A DNA stretch of 64,000 nucleotides from Isurus oxyrinchus (Eukaryota): positions 9,114,001-9,178,000 of the forward strand of contig JANJGN010000038.1 of the NCBI GenBank assembly GCA_026770705.1, written 5' to 3'. Positions 11,882-23,725 of the stretch are shown piece after piece (the stretch's first letter is position 1; each line of letters begins with the position of its first letter). The notes beneath the pieces are model-generated. The model did not search any database and had not been told where the DNA came from. It saw only the letters and a list, made by a program, of their open reading frames with translations. The position numbers and the translations under genes are program-made.

Positions 11882-13762
11882 GTAAGAAACATGCCTTCAT
11901 TCTGTGCTGTTGGATTTGCTTCATTGTCTCATATTTGTTTATTTTAGACATTAATGTGTTAACCGAAACTTTGCATTGGTGGATTCTGTGTTTACAATGT
12001 TTCATTTAATTCTGCCGCAAAGGGATTTAACAATTGCTTCTCGGCAAAAAAAAAAACAATGGGAGTTTTAAGGACTTGTTTGAGTGATTTGTCTTTTTTC
12101 TGCTGATGAGACTTTGTGCCTGGCTTACTTTAAATATTTGAGTTTTGTTAAAGAATTTGGTGTTTCTACTGCTGCAAGTTTTGTAATCGACTGAAAGTAT
12201 TGTGTTTAAAAGTGTTGGAAATAAGATTGTAGACAGGAAACCGAGTGTTATCAAGGTCAAAATGTCTTTTTAAGCTATGGATTTTATAATAAATGTTTGT
12301 CATGTTTATTTGTGTTAACTGCGCTGAAAAATATCAATATAAGGTTGACGAACTTTCATCTTAAATAAGTGAAATGCTACGATAAGTAGGAACAACAGAG
12401 TTAACAAATTTCCTGCCAGAATCAGGCTTAAAATAATACAACTTGAAACATTGTAATGCTGTAATATTCCTCCCCATATTACTAAAGTATACCGTGAAAA
12501 TCAAACAATGCATTAAACATGACCCATCGAAATACAATTCTTCTGCCATTGTTTCATATTTCTGTTTATTTTAATAAATGACTTGTTCAATGAAAGATGA
12601 TTTCAGTGCGATGTATTGAGGTTTATTTGAAATGTTGCATCTGATTCTGCTGAAAGGACTTAGGTAATTAAGCAGTTGTTGGATTCAGTCCCTCGGTGTT
12701 CTGATTTGGTGCTAAGTGCTAAGGAGAGTATGTGCCTTGGGTTACTTTGAACAGTTAAAGCTCGTGGAACTGTTTGATGATTCTACAACGTGTAATGTCG
12801 ATCACATCAAACATGTGTTGGTTTTGTGCTTAAACCATTGTGAAGGAGGGTTATAGTTACAAAGCAAACAGGCTTTTTAATCAATATTGAAAGATATATT
12901 GATGCATTTTTATTTCAGTGCCAATTGCAGATTGAACAATTAATATTTTGTTTCTGATACTCCTATTTAATACTTGAGGTAATAATGCAATGCTAAAGTA
13001 CATAACCAGCGAAGTTCAACTGTGATGGGGAGTTAAATGAATATAACTCAAACGACTATAATGCGACAATATTTCCCAAGATTACAACAATAAAAAATAA
13101 TATTGTTAGACATTTAGCAGATAATCTGTGCTATCCACAACAATGCTGCAAAACGCAGCACAATTAATAGCAGCCGGACAAATGCAAAGGTTCCAGCAAT
13201 TTCCATTCCTTTTTTTTAATATAATACACACTGATCGCACTGCAGTATTTAGTTCAAACAGTGATTTTAAATTAATTGGTTCCTCCCTGGTTTATGCAGG
13301 TTGAAAGGTGCTAATTATTTATCAATATTAAATGCGTTTCAGCTGGCTAATTTAATATATCTGCCGGGTTGTTGAACCTTTGCTGTGCAGCCAAACAGTT
13401 CCTTGAATTTTAGCCCATTATCACTAAGCTAATCTTAAACGGTTTGCAGTTAATGAATTGCTCAATAATACTCAAATTCAAAGAAAGTTCAGAATGCATA
13501 AGGCTGGAGATGGACAAACATTGCTATTGAAGCAGGTTGGCTGAATTATAAATGTAACTTCTGAATTGAAGAACAGCAACTAATCTTGCAGAGCTGTGAG
13601 ATATCCGGGTTGAATTAAATGGGAGCTACCTTTAATTCTCATTAAAATCGTTCTGTTTGCTCGCAGAGTTTCAGTGTCTCGGGTGATGCAAAGGAATTGT
13701 TATCTCGCAGTTCTGCATTAATGATTGTGGATCTTCATTTCAATAAGTAGCATTATATATTT

Positions 13763-13960
13763 AAACAGAAAATGCTGAATAAAACCTCAGCATGACTGGC
13801 AGCATCTGTCCATGGAGAAGCAGAGATCTGAAGAAGAGTCCTACCGATTCGAAATGCTAAGTCTGTTTCTCTCTCCACTGATGCTGCCAGACGTGCTGAG
13901 TTTTGCCAGCATTTTCCGTTTTTATATCAGATTTCCAACATCCGCCGCATTTTATTTTCA
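13763..13960 (+). mobile_element. Short Penelope-derived element with inverted arms and a degenerate hammerhead core, in the J-C intron
   Basis: ~60-bp imperfect inverted arms (13763-13825 / 13862-13922) around CTGAAGA-stem-GAAA; homologous to the PLE end at 55075-55208. Confidence 0.65.
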
Positions 13961-16189
13961 TTATATATTTGAAACTCATTTACGTGTAGATTACGGGAAT
14001 GGTATATCAAAGCTTGGCTGTATTATTATCTAGGGGAGGCTCCGATAATGGCTACAAACTGGCAGGGATACATTAATTATTAAAAATAAAACTGCTGTTG
14101 AAATGTGGGATGATATTTAAACTCCAGAGTCCTGCTTCAGTGACTTGAGGATGATGCACTCCATTTTTTATTACCGATATGAGTACCCGAATAGTGTTTG
14201 AACAATTTTAAGCTGCCTACTTATAAATCTATCATGTGAAATACACGTTTAGAACAGAAGAGCTTTTATGTCGTGCCAACATAATCACAAACATGAAAAC
14301 TTTACCAGAGTGTAGGTATAGGACCACCTTCTTATAATTTTTGGTCATCTTAATTTATTAAAAGTAATATAATGTATTTGTCCGAAAGTATATGGAATTA
14401 TTTATTTAATTTAAGAAGTGTCACCTTAATTTAAATAAGCCTATTATTAACAAGAGACAAATCAGAAGGAGAATAAAATTATTAACAAATTTGGCATAAT
14501 GGTGTTAAATCTCACCAGTATGAAAATAGAGTCTAAGTTCAGTACGAATTCATTACAAAAAAATCTCTCAAATGTGCTGCGCTGAGTCCAGGATTAAAGT
14601 TAAAACTCATGGTGGAGAATTTTTTAAATTATTTTCAATTAACTTGGAAAGCAACATGTTTCTTAGTCAACTGCCTTCAGCTCCATTGGATGTTGCTGTA
14701 CAATTTAATTAATTATCTTCGTGTTTTGCCTCAGCAGTTTCAATGATTATATATTAATCTGAAAGTATGTCAGTGAATAATAGGAGTACAGTGTAAATAT
14801 CTCCCAATTTGTTAAATTCTTGCTCTGTTACAATGTCCCTGTTAGAGACATAAATTACCATGAATGTAAATTATTTTGATGAACCTGTTCTCAGCCAAAC
14901 TAACTCTAAGGCTGTTGTGAAAACTGCACACAGACAGGGAGAAATTAAGGCCCATCAAAGGGAATTTTTCCATTTAGAATCAGAATAATTTCACAGAAGT
15001 GACGTGGTCATAAATTTACAAACGTTTTAATCTATTCAAACGGATTAATGGATACTGGAGAAATCTATCTTTAATAGACTGATTTTTGCATCGTTTATGT
15101 CTGTTCTGTTTCTATGTGTGTGGTCACTGTGTGGGAATCGGGAGCCTTCTGGCTGTTTGTGAACTTCCTGGTTCATTGTCCTGTAATTCAGGGAATTCAT
15201 TTCGAACCATTTATTTAAGAAGTTTGTATATCCGAGAAAGGTGCAAATCTGTTCTAAAGTTTGAGAAGGTGCCTCAGAAATCAGATCAGTATTCCAGTTT
15301 GTGGAATTCAGAAGGAAAGCAAAATGTAGAAAGATATTTTTCTGTTCAGTGTTTGCTGTATCAGAGCCGGTGGTTTGTTGATGGTCCAGTCTAAGCACAA
15401 GTTTTAACTAACAATGCGGAATAGAGGGCGTTTTAGAATGCATCCCACCATTACTGTTCCTGAAATACAGCGCTTCACAGGACTGTGCAAAGAGACTTTT
15501 AGTATAATTCACTTGTTCTGTATCTGACATGAGAGTGTTGGCATTGTCAATGGTCAAGGAACTTTAACCACTATCAAACATATTAATTGCTCCGAATTAG
15601 ATATGTAAAAGTAAATGCTTAAATTCCTCCAATGAAGTAGCAGATCGTTAATTTAACGTACATTTCATTCTTAAAAAAAAGCTAAGTTTGTGATGAAGGC
15701 TTGATGATTAAACATTTTCAATATGAGATAATATTTGAATCAGATTGGCCTGATCTAAAGCTCAATTTCAGGACAGTTACAGGAAGTGACGGTAACGTTA
15801 CCTTCTGCGATATGATCGAATCTGAAAATAAATTGAGCAACTTAAATGGACATTATGGTGCCTTACCCCGTGTCTCATACAAACTACGGTGGGAAGGAAA
15901 GCTGGAAAAATATGAGTTTAACTTAACTCAATGCACAACCTGATTCCAACTGCCCGAAGGACATTTGATGAACTATCAGAGAGGCAGTTTTACTCTTGTT
16001 CCAAGGGCTTTACTAGGGCTGTGGGTTTTATGTGGAACTTCAATGTTCTTCTATCTTGTATCTAATCAGTACAGTCTGTGAACTGTAAACATTTGATTAT
16101 GTGGTGGAGATGAAACACCTTTTTCTGGACATGTATCTATTCATGCATCCATTTTTCATCCAACGATGCAAAGATCGATATATTGAATG

Positions 16190-16312
16190 GTCTATCTATC
16201 TATCTATCGATCGATCTGTCTTTCTACATATCTGTCTACCTGCCTATCATGTCTATCTGTCTATCTCTCTCTCTCTCTATCTTCTATCACTCTCTATCTC
16301 TATCTCTTTCTA

Positions 16313-16346
<34 letters not shown>

Positions 16347-16570
16347 CAACCATCTGTTTATCTGCCTGTCNNNNNNNNNNNNNNNNNNNNNNNNNNNNNN
16401 NNNNNNNNNNNNNNNNNNNNNNNNNNNNNNNNNNNNNNNNNNNNNNNNNNNNNNNNNNNNNNNNNNNNNNNNNNNNNNNNNNNNNNNNNNNNNNNNNNNN
16501 NNNNNNNNNNNNNNNNNNNNNNNNNCTACCGATCTCTTTAACTCTCTATCTATCTATCTATCTGTTTATC
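16190..16570. repeat. (TCTA)n/(TC)n microsatellite spanning an assembly gap (N 16371-16525)
   Basis: Seen directly on both sides of the 155-N gap. Confidence 0.95.
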
Positions 16571-17360
16571 TAACCAAGATAGCTGATAATAATTGATTAT
16601 TTGTAAACATCATTGTGCATTGGCAAATTTGGAGAGTTAATTCAGAATTGTGATAGACCGAAAGCTAACTATCCATGCTATCAAATAGTCTCATTGAACA
16701 ATTCTGGGTCATGCTTTATAAAAGTGCTAAAAAATTGCCTGTAAGTAATGAAACTAGTCGATCCACCCGTTGGAGTTACATAATCTTTAGAGCAAATGCT
16801 GCCAAGCATCATCCAAGTTTATCCTCTGAAAACGACAACGTGTTGATCATGAAACTCGAATAGATTTGTGTAAAAACCCCTCTGGCTCACTGATGTCCTT
16901 CCTGGAAGATAATCGGCCATCCTGGCCCAGAGATAGCTAACTGTTTCTGTATTACAATAGTCATTTGCTGGTGATAAGAGGTTGATAGTAAAATACTTTA
17001 AGCGAGAGCTCATTGGAAATAATGTGGAAGCGTGTAAAGTGAAAGTGTTTGAGGAATGATTGATGTTTTCTTCAATAGAGGAGCAAGGGCTGGAGGAAGC
17101 CCAGGTTACAATATCCCGTATTTAACTCGCAATTATGTGGCCTCATGTAAAGTATTTCCCTTTTCCGACTTGTGCAACATCTTGTGTACAAGACTGGCCA
17201 TCATGGCAGCGTGTCCTGTCGGGCATATCAACTCCTAAATGCAGTTTATTACCAGGATATTTTGGAAATTAATTATATCAATATTAAACTTCGAACAATT
17301 TGCTTATTTCATAATCACGAATCACATTTTTAAGTTGTTCAATTGACTCTTAATTCGCAG

Positions 17361-17660
17361 TGACACCGTCTCCCCCCACCCTCTACGCTCTGCTCTCCTC
17401 CTGTGAACAAGCAAACACTGCCGGCTCCATCACCTACGGCTGTTTGGCTGCGGACTACTCCCCCGAAATCACCAGCGTTTCCTGGAAGAAAGATCAAGAG
17501 ACGATCACAGCTGGATTGAAGACTTACCCATCAGTACTGAACAAGAAGGGAACCCACACCCTGAGCAGCCAGTTAACCATCACCGAATCAGAGGTGGGAA
17601 GCAGCACAATCTACTGCGAGGTTCGAAGGAGCAACTCGGTCTGGCAGAAGGAAATGCCAG
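17361..17660 (+). CDS. IGHM: IgM constant exon Cmu1
   Basis: Acceptor 'ttcgcag' ends 17360; (V)[16 protein letters not shown]...[20 protein letters not shown]...[16 protein letters not shown], closely matching recalled horn shark Cmu1; donor G|GT at 17661. Confidence 0.95.
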
Positions 17661-17796
17661 GTTCGTGTTGTGGGATGCACAGGGCGGCAGTGGCGGGGCT
17701 GGGTGAAGGGTGAACGTGGTCAGCAAATGAGTTATGTTCAAATTCTGCATCACATGGGTTAGAATGGATTGAGAATATTGTGTATAGTTCAGGTGC

Positions 17797-18025
17797 CCAT
17801 ATCACACTTAGTGCATTGTGGATACCTGTATTCTCCACATCACACTTAGTGTGATATGTACAGCTGTGATTTCCGCATCACAGTTATTGTACTGTAGACA
17901 GTTTTTTCTTCCACATCAAAATGTAGTGTACTGTGTATAATTAGGGCCTCCACATCATAATAGGTGTATTGTGTGCAGTTATTCCCTCCAAATCATATCG
18001 AATATACCATATGTAGTTCTGGTTT
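17797..18025. repeat. Six degenerate 38-39-bp tandem units (CCACATCACACTTAGTGTACTGTGTACAGTT...)
   Basis: Unit starts at 17797, 17835, 17873, 17911, 17950, 17988. Confidence 0.75.
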
Positions 18026-18570
18026 CCATGTAAGGAAAATGCTACAGGGGCGTTGCAATCGGAGCTAAACTATTTACAAGGACATTACCAGAGCTGATAG
18101 ATTACTTCTGTCATGTAACTGCGAACAGGTTGGTGGTCAATTCTCTACAAAATAAAAAATTGTGGTGTGACCAAATAAAGGTCCTCAGACTTCTGAAATA
18201 ATTTGATACATTAGACAAGAATTAGAGCTCATGTTTACAACAGAATGTTAAAAAGAAACGATTGGCTATTCTGAATCTTTACACAAAGAGTGAGCAGAAT
18301 GTGGGAATTCCTGTAGGTGAGATGTTACCGAAACTCTGTTCTGGGGAATCTTAATAGATACATGAGGGAGATTGTAAGGGAGGTTTTTTTTTTTCTGCTG
18401 AGAGGTGAAATAGGGCGAGAGGATGTTCCTGTGGATCCTAAACTCCAGCATTGTACTATGGGGCCGGTTGGCCTGGTTCTGTCCTGTGGATTTTATGTAA
18501 TTAGTTTTACAGTTTTTAATTGTTTGGTTTGAAGCAATTTTAATTCCAAATAATATATATTTTCTTGCAG

Positions 18571-18882
18571 TTATTGTGGTGCATCATCCGACTGTTCTGC
18601 TCACCGTGAGCCCCAGTGAAGAAATCACAAGCAGCAGATTTGCAACCATCGTCTGTTCAATCATTGATTTCCGTCCAAATTCAATCAAGGTGAAATGGCT
18701 GAAAAATGGACAAGCCATGGCCTCCGGCTTCGTCACCTCTCCCGGCTTTGAAGTGAACAGGAACTTCTCGGCGACCAGTCGGTTGACAGTCCCCGCTGGG
18801 GACTGGTTCAGTCACACGCTCTATACCTGCCAGGTCACTCATAAAGGGGTCACCCAAAGCCGAAACATCACCAAACCTGAGG
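18571..18882 (+). CDS. IGHM: IgM constant exon Cmu2
   Basis: Acceptor 'ttcttgcag' ends 18570; [29 protein letters not shown]...WLKNG...[20 protein letters not shown]; donor G|GTAAG at 18883. Confidence 0.95.
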
Positions 18883-19399
18883 GTAAGAGACACAACCCGA
18901 GGAAGTTCAAGGCCATTCTTGGTGTCAATCTCTTCCAAGCCAAGAAATATTTTGGAATGATTAAACGTCAGAGATTGTGTCCCATTTGCCAACTTGCCCA
19001 TTTGTATTTCCTTCCAAAGGAAACAAGAACACACTAAAGAAATCCTTTCATTTATAAAGCGCCCTCCCCAGCATCAGATTCTCCCAAAACACTTAGCAGC
19101 CAATGAATGACCGTGGAAATGTGCTCATTGTGGTAAAGTAGAATATTCAGCAGCGATTTGCTGCACAACAGTCACCAAGACCCTGGGACATGATGCTGAC
19201 AGGATTTATTTATTTATTTTTTGATTTCATTCTGTTTGTTCAGGTACACATGTTGTCCAGGAAATAGACGCACTTTAGCTCAGCATTTCGAACGTTTTCT
19301 TTTTATTTTTATTTCAAATTTCCAGCAATATTTGGCTTCTAGAACTAAAGAACATTATTGGATTTGCTGTTGGGGAGAGTTAAACTAACTCAGGAGGAG

Positions 19400-21420
19400 C
19401 ATGGGAACAACGAGAGAATTTCAGCATGTAATAGCATGGATTCTGGGAGAGGCAGCTAACTCTAAAAGAGGGAATAGTCAGTTAATAGGCGGAGTCAGGA
19501 TAAGGGAGCAAACAATGAATTCTAAATTAGCGTTGCACTGCATGTATGTGCATGCATGGAAAATAGTTAATAAAATTTGGGAGTTACAGGCACAGATTGC
19601 CTTTTGGGATTATTATGATAGGGTGATAACGGAGACCTAATTTAAGGAAGGACAGAATTGGGTGATAATTAGTTCTAGTTACAAGATGTTCATAAAAGAC
19701 AGGAAAGGACACAAACTGGAGGCGGGGTCGTGGTGGCGTTTTTGTTTAAGGAGAGTATTTCAGTACTGGCGAAAAATAATGTGTCAGGCGATTCAAGGAC
19801 AGAACCAATTTGGCTGGAGCAAAGGAATAAGAATGATGCAATTACATTGCTGGGTGTAATGTATAGACCGCAATAGCTAGTGGGAAGATGGAGAGGAGCA
19901 AGTAAATAACAGAGAGTTGTAAATATCATCGAGTAGTCATAACGGAGGGGGAAGGGTACATTACCCGAATACATACTGGGATAGTAGTACTGTAAGGGGC
20001 AGTGAGGGAGCAGCATTCCTAGATCATATTCTGGAGAATTTCCGACAGCAGTGTGTGTCCAGTGCAAGGAGAAAGGAGGCACTGCTAGACCTGGTTCTTG
20101 GGAATGAGGTGGGCCAAGTAAAGAAACTGATAGGAGGGGAGCATTTAGGGGACAGTGATCATTGTATCATAAGGTTTAGGATGACGGTGGAAAATGACAT
20201 TGATCAATCCAGGGTAAGAGCAGCCAACTGGCAGAGAGCAGACTTCAATGGGGCAAGAATGGGCCTGGGCCTGATAGACTGGAACCAAAGGTTGGTGGGA
20301 AAAACAGTAGCTGAACATTGGGCTAACTTCAAAGAGAAGATGGTTTTGGCACAGTCTAAGTATGTTCCCTCAAAAGAGAAGGGCAGGAGAAACAAGTCCA
20401 GAGCTCCCTGGATGGCAAAGGAGATAGAAATTAAGTTAAGGAAGAAAAAATGTCTTACAACAGGTGTCTGGTAGCAAATACATTTGAGAACCAAGCTTAA
20501 TTCAGAAGTTTCAGAAAGGATGTGTAAAAGCAAATACGAGAATCAAAGAGGGATTATGAAAAAAATACTGACAGCTAACATAAAAGGAAATCCCAAGGTA
20601 TTCTATAAGCATATCAATCGTAAAAAGGTTGTAAAAGGAGGAATAGACCGATCAGGGATCAAAAAGGGGATTTACACATAGCGGCAAGAGGCATGGCTGA
20701 GGTGTTAAATGAATACTTTGCAGCTGTCTTTACCTACGAGGTAGATACTGCCCAGGTTATGGTGACAGAGGAGGAAACTCAGTCACTAGAAGGGTTTGAA
20801 ATTGCTAAGGATGAGGTATTGCATCAGCTGTCGGCTCTTAAAGTGGATAAGTCTCCGGGACAGGGTGATATTCGTCTAAGAGTATTGAAGGAAGTGAGAG
20901 TGGAATTGCAGAGGCACTGACAATAATCTTTCAGCGTCCCCTGCATTTGGACGAGGTGTTAAAGGACTGGAGAATTGCAAATATTACGCCCTTGTTCAAA
21001 AAAGTTTGTAAAGGTCTTCCCTGCAATTACAGACGATTCAGTTTAACTTCGGTGGTGGGGAAACTTCTAGAAACAATTATTCCGGATGGAATTAATATCA
21101 TGTGGGATAATGTAGATTGATAAGGAAGAGTCATCATGGATTTATTAAAGGAAAATCCTGTATAACTAACTTGCTGGAGTTTATTCAAGAGGTAACAGAG
21201 ATGGTTAATGAGGGCAAGGCCGTTGATATGGTCTATTTGGATTTCCAAAAGGCTTTCGACACAATGCCACACAACAGACCTGTGAGGAAAGTTATAGATG
21301 ATGGACTTAAAGGGACAATAACTAACTGGATAAATATTTATATATATAAATGATGTAGATCTTGGTTTGCAGGGGGCAATTTAAAGGATTGTGGAGGATG
21401 CAAAACTTGGGAGAATTTGG
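19400..21420 (+). mobile_element. CR1 LINE ORF2 fragment (endonuclease to RT), frameshifted, in the Cmu2-Cmu3 intron
   Basis: LLDLVLGNE, HLGDSDHCII, NPKVFYK, AEVLNEYF, HGFIKGKSCITNLLEF, VYLDFQKAFD motifs spread across broken ORFs. Confidence 0.88.
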
Positions 21421-22487
21421 AGAAAGGTGACGTCACACTGACAAAGCAGGCATTCCTGGGCCTTAACAGTTGATGTTGAAGTCGGAACCTCCCACAATAC
21501 AATACTCACCCAGTACTACATTGCTGGTATCAACTACACTTGTGTTCAAACATCTGGAGTGGGGATTGAACCCATGTTCTTTCTGAATCAGAATCCCCCG
21601 TTGTTCAGGATTCCATTAGCTCACAAAACACGGTGACATTTTGTTCAAAAGTTAGACAGTGAGTGGGGAGTCAATGGTTTTAGTTTTATCCGAAATTGAT
21701 TGTGGGTAGAATCGGTGTCTGCAGGCCTTTACTGGTAATTGCCCACGACTTCAATTCTGACAATGATGTGCACCTTATTTCTGCTGCTGTTTTCAGACTG
21801 AGCAGCGCTGACAGCAGTTTGCATAGTCTCGGCTGCATTTCTTTGAGTACAATAGCCTAATGAGTGATCGAATTGCGGTGTTTCGGTTAATTAATAAAGT
21901 GGGGAGAAAATGCTTAGTCCTCCAAATTAGAGATAGGAAAATAGTGAGGAAGCCAATTTTGGCAACATTTTCCTCACACTGTGAAATATTATCACTTTCA
22001 TTTTCCCCAAGAATTTCTGAGGCTGGGAATCAATTGACATTTCAAAAAAAGAGATGAACATTTTTTTTTTTGAAAATGTTATCGCACATGACAGAACGGG
22101 GAGGATAAATGGGGTTAAGGCACACATTATTCTTACAGAGAGACATAGAGAGCTGAATGGTCTCCTCCTGTGCTGTTAGCATCTATCATTCTCTGATTCC
22201 TTGATTTCGGGACGAGTAATATTCTGACTGTAAGACCATTGTACCTGAATTTATTCACATTGTTGGACCGGCATTTGGTTTAGTCATTCCCACTGGTTCT
22301 GGCTGGAAATACACAGGGAATGTAATGGAGTCTCCCGGAATTATTGCAAGTCATTGACCTTCAAACAATGAAGGCGTTAACAGGGCAGGGGGAGATCAGG
22401 TAAATATTCCTGTCGTGAGAGTGAAAGCTGAATACCGGATTTCTGATTCTGATGATGTTTTGGTTGACATTCATTTCTGCTTCACAG

Positions 22488-22793
22488 TTTCCGACTGCAA
22501 CGACCCCGTAATTACTCTACAGCCGCCGCCAATAGCACAGGTCTTACTGGAGGCGACAGTGACCTTAACCTGTATCGTGAGTAATGCCCCTTATGGAGTC
22601 CTCGTGTCCTGGACACAAGAACAGAAGCCTTTGAAATCAGAGATTGCTGTCCAGCCGGGAGAGGATCCTAACAGCGTGGTCAGCCACCTGAACATCTCAA
22701 CACAAGCCTGGCTGAGTGGGGCTGAGTTCTACTGCGTGGTCAGCCATCAGGATATGCCGACTCCTTTAAGAAATTCCATCCACAAGGAAGAAC
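22488..22793 (+). CDS. IGHM: IgM constant exon Cmu3
   Basis: Acceptor 'ttcacag' ends 22487; [28 protein letters not shown]...[28 protein letters not shown]; donor C|GTGAGT at 22794. Confidence 0.95.
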
Positions 22794-23291
22794 GTGAGTG
22801 CTGAGAATGAATCAATAAGTGAGCCAGTGTGCAAATTCCCAGTGTAAGTTTAAGAACCAATAATCAATGCACAATGTACTAATGAGCAAGTCTGATTGGC
22901 AATTTCACTAACTATAACCCCTTGGTCCGTAAATGATGCATTTAAGTAGTAAATTCATATTTAGGTGAATGAACAAGAAACTGTGCTGCAGGGTTTGATT
23001 ATATAATGTGGGAGGAGCTTGGTGTGGAGTTCAGACACCAGTACAGAGCTGTTCGGCTGAATGGCCTGTTACTGTTACTGATGAAACTTTCCAGTCCAAT
23101 CCCGCATATTCTCAGAGCGAATGATTGCATGCACATCTGCTCCGATCTAGAAAGCCGGTCAGACCCCAAAGTGGAAAATGGAGATCTTGAAAAGTCAAAA
23201 CAAAACACATTTCTCTCACATCTAACCACTGGTGTCATTGTCCCTGGAATTCTCCAGTTTTTTTTTGACATTTATTGTCAATTTTTTGCAG

Positions 23292-23683
23292 CTAAATATC
23301 CGCGGGAACCGTCCGTCTCTGTCCTCCTGCCCCCGGCTGAAGATGTCTCCACACAGAGATTCATCTCCCTCAGCTGCTTAGTGAGAGGTTTCTCCCCCCG
23401 AGAGATCTTCGTCAAGTGGACCGTCAATGACAAGCCGGTGAATCCGGGGAACTACAAGAACACCAAGGTGATGGCGGAGAACGGCAATAACTCCTTCTTC
23501 ATGTACAGCCTGTTATCCATTGCAGCGGAGGAGTGGGCCAGCGGCGCTTCTTACTCCTGTGTGGTGGGACATGAAGCCATTCCCTTGAAATTCATCAACA
23601 GAACGGTTGATAAATCCAGCGGTAAACCGAGTTTTGTGAACATTTCCCTTGCACTGATGGACACCGTTAATTCATGTCAATGA
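23292..23683 (+). CDS. IGHM: IgM constant exon Cmu4 plus secretory tailpiece
   Basis: Acceptor 'ttttgcag' ends 23291; [30 protein letters not shown]...[12 protein letters not shown]; tail [20 protein letters not shown] with NxS sequon and penultimate Cys; internal donor G|GTAAA at 23622 for the membrane form. Confidence 0.96.
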
Positions 23684-23719
23684 GAATCTATCACTTACTT
23701 TTCGAACTTTAGTAGAAAT

Positions 23720-23725
23720 AATAAA
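23720..23725 (+). terminator. Secretory-form polyadenylation signal (second AATAAA at 23894-23899)
   Basis: AATAAA just downstream of the tailpiece stop, followed by a T-rich tract. Confidence 0.7.

Noticed and set aside
16101-16596. ORFs of 128-146 aa
   Set aside because: Microsatellite plus N-gap read-through.
23006-23291. N-terminal extension of the 225-aa ORF
   Set aside because: Intronic open frame upstream of the Cmu4 splice acceptor.
17361-23683. IgM1gj-like three-domain form or IgW constant region
   Set aside because: All four mu domains are present, including Cmu2, with a mu-type tailpiece.
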